A stretch of 64,000 nucleotides of DNA from assembly GCA_949299335.1 (NCBI GenBank), contig CASGAD010000014.1, positions 66,330 to 130,329 of the forward strand, read 5' to 3'. The position numbers were made by a program, and so were the translations under genes. The notes under the pieces are model-generated. The model did no database searches and was not told the DNA's origin. It saw only the letters and a program-made list of their open reading frames with translations. Below are positions 47,000 to 55,796 of the stretch, in pieces; positions within the stretch are counted from its first letter, which is position 1, and every line of letters begins with the position of its first letter. Origin of the DNA: an uncultured bacterium. GTDB taxonomy: Bacteria; Bacillota_I; Bacilli_A; RFN20; CAG-826.

Positions 47000-48550
47000 T
47001 TATTTTGCATTGAAATCTCTAATTAAAAATTGAATATATGCAGATCCATTGAAGGTATTTCGAGTTAATTCACCAATTATGTCGATATATCTATACTTAT
47101 AAATATCGTGATTATAGTTAAAATAGACTATTTTTCCGTTTCCGTTAGCCTTTGCAAAAAGATGTTTATCATCTTTGGATTTAATAAATGAAGCAACTGG
47201 AAAATCTTTAATAACAAATAAAGGCTTTTTAAATCCTTCGCCAAATGGCCCAAAACTACGATATAAATTATAATCTTCAAGATTTAAATCGCTTAAATAT
47301 AAAGGTACAACTTCTTTATGTTCTTCAATAAATTTATGTTCGTTAGCTAATAAATTGAATTCTTTAACAAATTTATCATAATCTTCTTTTTTGATGGATA
47401 ATCCACCAGCACAATCATGTCCGCCATAAGTAAGTAATAAATATTTTAAAGAATTAAATGCTTTAACTATATTAAAGCCATTTTTACTTCTTGCACTACC
47501 TTTTAAAATATTTTCTTGCTTTGTAGTTGAAAATACAACAACAGGCTTATCGTATTTATTTAATAAATTATTTGCTACTAGTCCAGCTAAACCTTCAGCT
47601 TCTTGAATTATAGTAATAATTGCAGATTCATTTTCGTTAATTTTTAAAGAAGAAGAAAATTCACTAATTAATTCTTTTCTTTTAGTATTTGTTTCGTTAA
47701 TCCGATTTAAGCGTTTAAAATTCAATTTGTCATCGTTAAGAAAGTATTTAACGACATTAAAACGGGTATTGCTATTAATTAATCTACCAATTGAATTGAT
47801 TTTAGGAGCAATTTCTAAAGCAAAATTGTCTTCAGAAATTGTTTCGTACTTTTTATCAATTAAATTATAAATCGAACTAAATTTTTCTTCGTTAATATAT
47901 TTTAAGCCTAATTTGACTATCAAACGGTTATATGACTTTAAAATCATCATATCACTAATTGTTGATATACTAGCTAATGTTAATAAATAATGGTCAATAT
48001 AGCCTAAAAAAGCCCACGAAAAGTAAAAAGATACCATCCCAGCGCTAATATTATATTCTCCTATTGAACTTAAAGAAGGGTGAATAATATATTTTGCGTT
48101 AGGCAATTTATCTAAAATAGTATGATGATCAAAAATAACTACTTCTATACCTAAACTATTAGCATAATCTATTTCATTAATTAAACTAATTCCATTATCT
48201 ACGCATAAAATTATTTGATAACCAAGTTTATAAAATATATCAATGTTTTCTTTAGTTAAACCATATCCATCGTCCTCTCGACTTGGCATGTAAAATCCAG
48301 GATTATAGTTAACTTTACTAAATAAATTAGTCATTATTGCTAAAGACATAATGCCATCAGTATCATAATCTCCATAAATTAAGATTTTTTTGCTTTCTTT
48401 GATGGCAGAGTTAAAATACTCTACAATTTCTTCTATTTTAGGAAAAACTAAATAACTAGGCAATTTAGATTCATCCTCACATTGTAAAGCGTTATATTCA
48501 TCCTTATTTAATGAATAATAATCTAATAATCTTTCAAATAAACTTTTCAT
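47000..48550 (-). CDS. recJ: Single-stranded-DNA-specific exonuclease RecJ (short form)
   Basis: DHH motifs DYDTDG and DNG, DHHA1 motif GGHDCAGG. Confidence 0.85.
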   Translation of the reverse strand: MKSLFERLLDYYSLNKDEYNALQCEDESKLPSYLVFPKIEEIVEYFNSAIKESKKILIYGDYDTDGIMSLAIMTNLFSKVNYNPGFYMPSREDDGYGLTKENIDIFYKLGYQIILCVDNGISLINEIDYANSLGIEVVIFDHHTILDKLPNAKYIIHPSLSSIGEYNISAGMVSFYFSWAFLGYIDHYLLTLASISTISDMMILKSYNRLIVKLGLKYINEEKFSSIYNLIDKKYETISEDNFALEIAPKINSIGRLINSNTRFNVVKYFLNDDKLNFKRLNRINETNTKRKELISEFSSSLKINENESAIITIIQEAEGLAGLVANNLLNKYDKPVVVFSTTKQENILKGSARSKNGFNIVKAFNSLKYLLLTYGGHDCAGGLSIKKEDYDKFVKEFNLLANEHKFIEEHKEVVPLYLSDLNLEDYNLYRSFGPFGEGFKKPLFVIKDFPVASFIKSKDDKHLFAKANGNGKIVYFNYNHDIYKYRYIDIIGELTRNTFNGSAYIQFLIRDFNAK

Positions 48551-48559
48551 AATAATTTA

Positions 48560-48583
48560 AATGAGGGACAATTGTCCCTCATT
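48560..48583 (-). terminator. Perfect 11-bp hairpin between secDF and recJ
   Basis: AATGAGGGACA (48560-48570) pairs with TGTCCCTCATT (48573-48583). It is weakly T-rich downstream on the minus strand, so it may act as an attenuator or partial terminator. Confidence 0.5.
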
Positions 48584-48585
48584 CT

Positions 48586-51495
48586 TTAGTCATTAATTCC
48601 GCTAAATACAGCTTCTTCTGGGCCTTCTTCACTAGCAACTACTTTATTTTTCTTCTTTGTATCTTTCTTTTTAATAGTCATTTTGCCTTTTAACTTAGCA
48701 AATTCTTTAGTAAAGATTATTTCTAATGGCAATTGTAATGATTTAACAAATATACAAAGTAGTATCATACCTAAAAGGATAAGTCCTAAAGTATATTGAT
48801 CAAATGCTGTTGAGAAGAAGAATGAGATAACTGCGAAAGCTGAAAGTGCTGTGGCAACAAGAATATAACTATAGTTAATATTTGTAACATAATTATATTC
48901 TGTTTCTCTAACATCTAATTCAAACAATCTATGTTTATTTTCTTTATAATAAAGTTTTTCGGCTGAGTAATAAATATCAAGCATAATGTAGCCTAAGATA
49001 CTTAATAATAATAAGCCTAAGCTAATTTCACTAGTGAATGGCCCTCTAATTAATGAGAAGATACCAGCAACACTAGTCAAGGTTGCTCCAACTATAATAA
49101 CTCCACTTAAAGCTTTTGATGGGCCATATCTTAATAAGAAGTAAATTAAGGTTGCACCTAAAGATATTGCGCAAGCTATTAATACGTAAAGATTAATGTT
49201 ATCATCTCTAACGTCATAGACTTTTTCAATAGAAACAATATAGTTTGTGCCTAAATTTGCCTTTTCTTGAATAGCTACACTAATTGCTTCTTCAGCTGTT
49301 AAGGCATTATCATATCCTTCAACATAATAAATACCTTCGTTAGATTCTGTGTCAATTATTGTGTTTAAATCAACATAGAAATAAACTTCTCTATTGGTGA
49401 TAATGGAACTTGAGCTTTCACTAAAGTTGTAATCATAATAGAAATAATCGACTGTAAGCTTATTTTTGAATGCCTTTGTAGTTAAATCTTTATCAGTATA
49501 AATGTTATCAAAGGCATTTTGAACTTTAATTGAGTTAGCTGCAATATCATATTTTGCATTACTATTTTTAATGTTATATGTAATGACTGCTCTTGAATCT
49601 AATTCATTAGAGCCAGCATTATAAATATTGCCATTAATCGATTGGAAAGTAATTAATCCAACAATGCTTGCTAATGTTAAGACACTAGTAACAATACCAA
49701 CAATTTTAAATGTTGACTTAGGAGTTTTCTTTTTAAATGATTCAAGATAAGAAGATTTAACATCTTTACTTAAATCAGCGGTAACTTTTGTATCAATTGC
49801 AAATTGCTTGATATGATTTTGAGCATAAGCTGAGTTATATAAGAACCAACTTACACCTCTAAAGGCAACTATATTAATAACAATTGTGAAAGCACTGCCT
49901 AATAAAGTTATTGCACCAAATGCAGAAATAACTGAACTTGGAATTAAGTAACAAGTTAATCCAATAATTGCACCTATTGCTGAGAAGCCAATAATATTCA
50001 TTGAAGTCTTTTTATTAGCTTCTTGATATGCTTTTTTAAGAGATTTACCTGCGTAAATTTCTGTTTTTGCTTTTGATAACCATATAGATACACCAAATGT
50101 TGCAATCAAACTTACACTAAGTAAGCCTAAAATGGTACCAATATTGAATTCATTACCTAAAACATTAAATACACTTAAACTTGAAATTATACTGCCTAAA
50201 ACAGTAATAATGCCTATAATTCCAGCTGTACCATAGTTAACTAACAAGAATAATGAACAAATTATAACTGCTACTAATGTAGAAATTAAAACTGTAGATT
50301 CTAAATTAACTGTGCCTGCTCTTTTAATATATTCGATGAATGGAGAAACAATATTTGTTCCATCACTTACTTCGGATTGATTGATTAAAGTAATTTCATA
50401 ACGTAAATTTGAAGAATTTAATTCGTTACAGAATAATGTTGCTTTTTTATATGCCAATCTATCATCTTCTTCAATTGTGTTATAGATTTTATAACTAGTT
50501 GTAACATCAATTGGCTTATCACCATCATTAATTGCGCCTAAATTGTAGTATTGGAAGTAAACTTCATCATAAACTTCAGCTTTTTGATCTTCTTCACTTA
50601 AAGTTGAATCATAATTCCAATAGAAACTTGCTGGATTTGATAAATCAAAGAATGTAACAACATAATCTGATAAATTGGAGTCATCAATATTTTTATCATC
50701 ATTTGATAACATATCGCTTAAGTCTAATCCTGATAACCAGTTATTGACAACGAATAAGACTTTACTTTTATCAAGTTTAGTAACTTCTTCGGCTTCAGAA
50801 TCATCGCCTGTAGTATCATCTGTTGTTGTTGATTCATCAGTCGTAACTGTTGAGTCATCAGCTTTTTGAACATTTTCTTTAAATCCAAACTTATTGTAAT
50901 TTGCACTTGAAGTTGAAGAATCTGTGCTTGAAGACATTTCGTCAACAGTAGATTTGAAGTCTTCTGGATTAGTTAATGTTACTACTACATAAGGATAACC
51001 ATTTAAATATTCTACTCTAGCGCTATTTTCAACAAATACTGGCTCAACAGTTGTATCACCAGCTAATACTTGAGTAGCATCTCTACCCATGTTATAAGTT
51101 TCTTCATAGTCCTTAATCATGATAGAGTTACTGAAAGTTAAATAATTAATAACATCATCATAATCGTTTAATGTATCTTTGAAGGTTAAACTCAAAGTAT
51201 CATCCCCGATTGTTTCAAGCTTATATTCACTAATTTCTGCACTATCTAATCTAGATTTAAATTCTTCTGTAACTTCTTCTAAGTAAGTCACATCAGGATC
51301 TAAACTTGTTGCAGGATTTTCAGTTCCGCTTGAGAAGTCATTGTTTGTCTTTCTTTCAGAAATTTTGAAAACAAAATTTCTAGATGTTGAGTAATCACTA
51401 TTTCCGTTTGTTGATAGAATAGTAGGAACTACTCCAACCAACACTGCAGTGAATAATGACGCACACATCGAAATATAACCTATAAATCTCTTCAT
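48586..51495 (-). CDS. secDF: Protein translocase subunit SecDF (fused), with an expanded extracytoplasmic domain
   Basis: Two 6-TM SecD/SecF modules. 969 aa. SD AAGAGG. Confidence 0.85.
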   Translation of the reverse strand: MKRFIGYISMCASLFTAVLVGVVPTILSTNGNSDYSTSRNFVFKISERKTNNDFSSGTENPATSLDPDVTYLEEVTEEFKSRLDSAEISEYKLETIGDDTLSLTFKDTLNDYDDVINYLTFSNSIMIKDYEETYNMGRDATQVLAGDTTVEPVFVENSARVEYLNGYPYVVVTLTNPEDFKSTVDEMSSSTDSSTSSANYNKFGFKENVQKADDSTVTTDESTTTDDTTGDDSEAEEVTKLDKSKVLFVVNNWLSGLDLSDMLSNDDKNIDDSNLSDYVVTFFDLSNPASFYWNYDSTLSEEDQKAEVYDEVYFQYYNLGAINDGDKPIDVTTSYKIYNTIEEDDRLAYKKATLFCNELNSSNLRYEITLINQSEVSDGTNIVSPFIEYIKRAGTVNLESTVLISTLVAVIICSLFLLVNYGTAGIIGIITVLGSIISSLSVFNVLGNEFNIGTILGLLSVSLIATFGVSIWLSKAKTEIYAGKSLKKAYQEANKKTSMNIIGFSAIGAIIGLTCYLIPSSVISAFGAITLLGSAFTIVINIVAFRGVSWFLYNSAYAQNHIKQFAIDTKVTADLSKDVKSSYLESFKKKTPKSTFKIVGIVTSVLTLASIVGLITFQSINGNIYNAGSNELDSRAVITYNIKNSNAKYDIAANSIKVQNAFDNIYTDKDLTTKAFKNKLTVDYFYYDYNFSESSSSIITNREVYFYVDLNTIIDTESNEGIYYVEGYDNALTAEEAISVAIQEKANLGTNYIVSIEKVYDVRDDNINLYVLIACAISLGATLIYFLLRYGPSKALSGVIIVGATLTSVAGIFSLIRGPFTSEISLGLLLLSILGYIMLDIYYSAEKLYYKENKHRLFELDVRETEYNYVTNINYSYILVATALSAFAVISFFFSTAFDQYTLGLILLGMILLCIFVKSLQLPLEIIFTKEFAKLKGKMTIKKKDTKKKNKVVASEEGPEEAVFSGIND

Positions 51496-51507
51496 ATATA
51501 ACCTCTT

Positions 51508-51533
51508 ATTTATAAATGTAATTTATAAATGTC
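51508..51533. repeat. Tandem 13-mer ATTTATAAATGT(A/C) x2, each holding the 10-bp palindrome ATTTATAAAT
   Basis: Copies at 51508-51520 and 51521-51533, immediately upstream of the secDF SD. Confidence 0.6.
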
Positions 51534-51611
51534 ATTGCTTATACTACTATAAAACGGCATAAAACACAATTTCTTTTTAGTCTAATATATTGATTAAGGT
51601 AAATTTAAAGT

Positions 51612-52571
51612 TCATTTTAATACATTTGAATAATAAAAAAGTTGTCCGAGTTTAGTTAGAAGTCTACCTCTTCTAGTTCTTGAAATAAATCCAATACTTA
51701 CTAAATAAGGTTCATAGACCTCTTTTAAGTTCACTAAATTTTCATTAATAATACTTGATAAACTTTCTAAACTAATAGGTTGATCTAAAAAATTTTCATA
51801 AAGCACTTTAATAATCTTTTTATCTATGGCAGTCAATCCATATAAATCAATATTAGTAAATTCAAAAAAATCATTTAAAAAAGTGTCATTTACAATGTTA
51901 ATTTGTTTATAAACACAATAATCATATAATCTTTTAATTAAGTTATTAGCGATTCGAGGATTTAATTTAGTTCGAGTTGCAAATTCTTCAGCAAGCGATT
52001 CATTGCTAAAAGTAATTCCTAACTTTGAAGAATTATAAATCACAAGTTCTTTTAATTCACTTTTAGTATAGTTAGCAAAATGGAATTTTATGCCGAATCT
52101 TTCTCTTAAAGAAGGAGAAATTAATCCATCCAAAGTCGTTGCTCCTATCATAGTAAAACGAGGCAATTTTACTGATATAATCTTGCTTTTTTCCTTACTT
52201 TTATAAGGTATATTTAATGTAAAATCTTCTAAAGCACTATATAAAACTTCTTCGACTTTTTTATCTAATCGATGTATTTCGTCAATAAAAAGAATATCAC
52301 CTTCATTAATCATAGCTAATACTTCAACTAAATCTTGAACTGATTCAATAATTGGGGCATTTATAATTCTAATTTCTTTTTTTAACTCTTTAGCTATTAG
52401 CATTGCTAAAGAAGTCTTTCCTACTCCTCCTGGACCAAAGAATAATAAATGATCTAGTGATGTATTTCGTTTTATTGCGCTATAAATATAAACTTTAATT
52501 TCTTTTATTATTTGACTTTGACCATAAAACTCAGAAAAATTACTTGGTCTAAAAGAAATATTACTTGTCAT
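51612..52571 (-). CDS. ruvB: Holliday junction helicase RuvB
   Basis: Walker A motif GPGGVGKTS, FIDEIHR, sensor motifs. Confidence 0.92.
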   Translation of the reverse strand: MTSNISFRPSNFSEFYGQSQIIKEIKVYIYSAIKRNTSLDHLLFFGPGGVGKTSLAMLIAKELKKEIRIINAPIIESVQDLVEVLAMINEGDILFIDEIHRLDKKVEEVLYSALEDFTLNIPYKSKEKSKIISVKLPRFTMIGATTLDGLISPSLRERFGIKFHFANYTKSELKELVIYNSSKLGITFSNESLAEEFATRTKLNPRIANNLIKRLYDYCVYKQINIVNDTFLNDFFEFTNIDLYGLTAIDKKIIKVLYENFLDQPISLESLSSIINENLVNLKEVYEPYLVSIGFISRTRRGRLLTKLGQLFYYSNVLK

Positions 52572-53115
52572 TTTTTAGCCTTTTGATAGCTTCTTTTAAA
52601 GCTTCGCTATCACTTAAACCATTTTCTATTTTCGAGATTACTTTATTAATTTTACTTAGATCATAACCTAATGAAATTAAAGCGTTAAAAACATTATCAT
52701 ATCTAATATCTTTAATAGGAAATTTCTTAACTTTAGGATATAACTCTAAAATTATCCTTTCAGCTTTATTTCCAATTCCGTTAACTAAAGAAAGTTCCTC
52801 GTAATTTTTATTTACGATTAACGAAAAAAGACGATTAGAATCAATGTTTTTAAGTATTTGTAATGCGGTTTTAGGACCAATTCCATTCACCTCATTTAAT
52901 AAATTAAAACACTCTAATTCGTCTTTTTCTTTAAAACCATAAAAAGATATTTCACCTTCTTTGATATAGGTGAAAATATATAATTTAATTTTATCGTTAC
53001 GCTTCAAAGTTTTATTACAATTAGTAAAAATCTTAAAGCATATTCCACTATTAGTTAATAAAGACACAGATTCTTTATTAATTTCTTCTATTATTCCAAC
53101 AAAATAAGAAATCAA
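52561..53115 (-). CDS. ruvA: Holliday junction DNA-binding protein RuvA
   Basis: OB N-terminus, two HhH motifs (VNGIGPKTA, VNGIGNKAE). Overlaps ruvB. Confidence 0.88.
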   Translation of the reverse strand: MISYFVGIIEEINKESVSLLTNSGICFKIFTNCNKTLKRNDKIKLYIFTYIKEGEISFYGFKEKDELECFNLLNEVNGIGPKTALQILKNIDSNRLFSLIVNKNYEELSLVNGIGNKAERIILELYPKVKKFPIKDIRYDNVFNALISLGYDLSKINKVISKIENGLSDSEALKEAIKRLKNDK

Positions 53116-53136
53116 TTAAAAATTTATATGGATAAA

Positions 53137-54399
53137 TTATTCAAAATAGTCAAATTCAAAGTCACAAAGTTTGACTGTGTCACCATCTTTAGCGCCAAGT
53201 TCATGCAATTTTTGATCTACGCCAATCTTATTTAAGTAAGTGATAAGTCTCATCATGCCTTCATCAGTTGATAAATTAATTAAGTTATAAGTTCTTTCAA
53301 CTCTTTCCCCCTTAATTTCAAACAAATGTTCTTTAACTTTAACAATTTCAAAAATCTTATCATCATCAAGATTAAAGACTTGTTCTTGATCTTTTTCTTC
53401 ATAAACTGGGAATGTAGGAGCAATTTCTAGTAACTCTTGGCATTTATAAAGCACTAAATTTAAATTTTTATCAGTTAAAGATGAAACAGGAATGACTTCT
53501 TTATTCACTTTAGCCTTAAATTCTTCATAACGAGCTTCACTTCCATCCTCATCCATTTTACTGGCTACAATAATTTCAGGACGATCGATTAAGTGCATTC
53601 CATAAAATTCTAATTCTTTCCTAATATCTAAATAGTCTTGATATGGATCTCTAGTACCGCTCATATCGACCATATGAATTAAAACTCTACATCTTTCAAT
53701 ATGTCTTAAAAATAATAAGCCAAGACCTTTACCTAAATGTGCCCCTTTAATTAATCCAGGCATATCCGCAATGACAAAACTATGTAAATCGTCAACTTTT
53801 GCCACACCTAAATTTGGGACAATTGTTGTAAAATCATAATCTCCGATTTCAGCTTTACAATTTGTTACACAACTAATAAAAGTTGATTTTCCAACGCTTG
53901 GTAAACCGATAATTCCAACATCTGCCAATAATTTAAGTTCTAAAATTAATCTTTTCTTTTCTCCAGGAAGTCCGTTTTCAGCGATTTTAGGCGCTTTATT
54001 TCTACTATTTTTAAAACAAGCATTTCCTCTTCCACCACGGCCACCTTTACAAACTAGGTAAGTGTCACCTTCATGTGATAAATCACAAATAAATTGATGG
54101 TTTTCTTCTAAAAAAACAACAGTGCCAATTGGCAAATCAATATAAACATCTTCTGCAGCGTGTCCATAACGCATTTTAATATCGCCTTTTTCACCATCAT
54201 CTGCAATAAATGTCTTGGAATGTCTATAATTCATAAGAGTTGTGGTAGTTTTGGATGCTCTTAAATAAACGCTTCCTCCGCGTCCACCATTTCCACCACT
54301 TGGTCCACCTTTAGGGACATTTTTTTCTCTTCTAAAAGCGATAGCGCCATTACCGCCTTTGCCGCTTCTTACTTCAATAATCGCTCTATCAATAAACAT
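53137..54399 (-). CDS. obg: GTPase Obg/CgtA
   Basis: Gly-rich Obg fold (GGNGG.GG), GLPSVGKST, C-terminal OCT domain. Confidence 0.93.
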   Translation of the reverse strand: MFIDRAIIEVRSGKGGNGAIAFRREKNVPKGGPSGGNGGRGGSVYLRASKTTTTLMNYRHSKTFIADDGEKGDIKMRYGHAAEDVYIDLPIGTVVFLEENHQFICDLSHEGDTYLVCKGGRGGRGNACFKNSRNKAPKIAENGLPGEKKRLILELKLLADVGIIGLPSVGKSTFISCVTNCKAEIGDYDFTTIVPNLGVAKVDDLHSFVIADMPGLIKGAHLGKGLGLLFLRHIERCRVLIHMVDMSGTRDPYQDYLDIRKELEFYGMHLIDRPEIIVASKMDEDGSEARYEEFKAKVNKEVIPVSSLTDKNLNLVLYKCQELLEIAPTFPVYEEKDQEQVFNLDDDKIFEIVKVKEHLFEIKGERVERTYNLINLSTDEGMMRLITYLNKIGVDQKLHELGAKDGDTVKLCDFEFDYFE

Positions 54400-54422
54400 A
54401 AATACACTCCAATTGTTCTTTT

Positions 54423-54458
54423 AAAAGAAAACCACCTACTTTTAATAAGCAAGTGGTT
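54423..54458 (-). terminator. Terminator or attenuator after rpmA
   Basis: Stem AACCAC (54430-54435) pairs with GTGGTT (54453-54458). On the minus strand it is followed by TTTCTTTT. Confidence 0.45.
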
Positions 54459-54473
54459 CATTTTAAAAATTAA

Positions 54474-54767
54474 TTATTCAACTACTTCGTAAACACTAAC
54501 GCGTTTTCTATTTTTACCAACTCTCTCGTATTTAACAATACCAGCTTTTGTAGCGAAAATAGTATCATCTCCACCTCTTTTAGTATTTATACCAGGATAG
54601 ATTCTTGTACCACGTTGTCTATAAATAATTGCACCTGCTTTACAGAATTGACCATCACTTCTTTTAGCACCTAATCTACGTCCAGCACTATCACGTCCGT
54701 TTTTAGTACTACCGACACCTTTATGGGATGCAAAGAGTTGTAAATCAAGTAAAAATCTAAGTTCCAT
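54474..54767 (-). CDS. rpmA: 50S ribosomal protein L27 with a cleavable N-terminal extension
   Basis: [21 protein letters not shown]: the Firmicutes propeptide cleaved before SHKG by Prp. Confidence 0.95.
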   Translation of the reverse strand: MELRFLLDLQLFASHKGVGSTKNGRDSAGRRLGAKRSDGQFCKAGAIIYRQRGTRIYPGINTKRGGDDTIFATKAGIVKYERVGKNRKRVSVYEVVE

Positions 54768-54785
54768 TTTATTTACCGTTCCTTT

Positions 54786-55091
54786 CTACCATTTAGAAAC
54801 CTTTAAATACTTTGAATAAGAAGCTTCTATTGTTTTTAATTGGATGAGCATGACTTTAATAACAATTTGATTTTCATGTTCTTTAAGGCCTTCTCCTTCA
54901 GCAAGAATATAACCTTTTTCGACCTTAACATAGATATTTTTGTCAATATTTAAGGCGTTTATGCCACCAACTCCAATAGCGCTAACAGCACTACACACAA
55001 TATCTTTTCCACTTTCGTCGTAATTAGCATGTCCGGAAATTTCAAGTTTTGAAATAATCCCGTTATTTTCTAAATAGTTAACTTCAATCAT
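54786..55091 (-). CDS. prp: Ribosomal-processing cysteine protease Prp (YsxB)
   Basis: SGHA...VCSAVS motif. Lies between rplU and rpmA. Start at ATG 55091, overlapping the rplU stop. Confidence 0.88.
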   Translation of the reverse strand: MIEVNYLENNGIISKLEISGHANYDESGKDIVCSAVSAIGVGGINALNIDKNIYVKVEKGYILAEGEGLKEHENQIVIKVMLIQLKTIEASYSKYLKVSKW

Positions 55092-55402
55092 TATTTTAAA
55101 TTGATGCTTGTAATTGTTAAGCAAGTATATGGTTGTCTATGACCAATTGATCTACGATAATTTGATTTAGCTTTATACTTGAATACGTGAATCTTTCTAC
55201 CTAAACCTTGCTTTTCAACTTTAGCGACTACTGTAGCTCCAGCAATTGTTGGAGTACCTGTGGTAATCTTTTTATCGCCGACTAATAATACATCATTAAA
55301 GGTGTAGTCTTTGCCAACTTCTACATCTAATTTTTCGACATAAATTTTTTGGCCAACTTCGACTTTAAATTGTTTACCGCCTGTTAAAATTATAGCGTAC
55401 AT
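55091..55402 (-). CDS. rplU: 50S ribosomal protein L21
   Basis: [14 protein letters not shown] start. 103 aa. Confidence 0.95.
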   Translation of the reverse strand: MYAIILTGGKQFKVEVGQKIYVEKLDVEVGKDYTFNDVLLVGDKKITTGTPTIAGATVVAKVEKQGLGRKIHVFKYKAKSNYRRSIGHRQPYTCLTITSINLK

Positions 55403-55506
55403 ATTTGCCCTCCTAAACTTATTAATTACTCGCTTTTAAGGTATTCTCATTCAAGAATTTAAGGACCTTTTCAATGCGGTTGTAACAAATATAGGTTACA
55501 ACGCAT
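55403..55506 (-). promoter_or_regulatory. Structured 5' leader of the rplU-prp-rpmA operon (position fits the Firmicutes L21 leader)
   Basis: 12-bp stem with one bulge (55474-55486 pairs with 55495-55506), right after the predicted transcription start. Confidence 0.4.
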
Positions 55507-55509
55507 GTG

Positions 55510-55538
55510 ATAATATCATATTTACAAATGATAGTCAA
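55510..55538 (-). promoter_or_regulatory. Sigma-A promoter of the rplU operon
   Basis: On the minus strand: TTGACT (55538-55533), 17-nt spacer, TGaTATTAT extended -10 (hexamer 55515-55510). Confidence 0.55.
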
Positions 55539-55559
55539 ACGGTTAAATAAATTTTTACG

Positions 55560-55742
55560 TTATTTCCATTGAAATTTATATCCGCCTGGTAATTGGACTG
55601 TCCCATCACTAGATGAATATAATTTATAGACGACAACTGTAATAATCGCTATTACTAAAACAGACATAACTGCCGCTAAAGTAATAGCTTCACCACATTT
55701 AATACTTGAAAGTTCATCACTCATTAATGGTAATTTATACAT
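55560..55742 (-). CDS. Small hydrophobic peptide (60 aa) with a double-glycine-type leader-like N-terminus
   Basis: Strong SD AAAGGAGGA 5 nt before the ATG. Sequence: MYKLPLMSDELSSIKCG|EAITLAAVMSVLVIAIITVVVYKLYSSSDGTVQLPGGYKFQWK. Confidence 0.6.
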   Translation of the reverse strand: MYKLPLMSDELSSIKCGEAITLAAVMSVLVIAIITVVVYKLYSSSDGTVQLPGGYKFQWK

Positions 55743-55796
55743 ATTTTCCTCCTTTCATGAGTACAACATAGATAAATTACCAATTTTTTCATTTAA

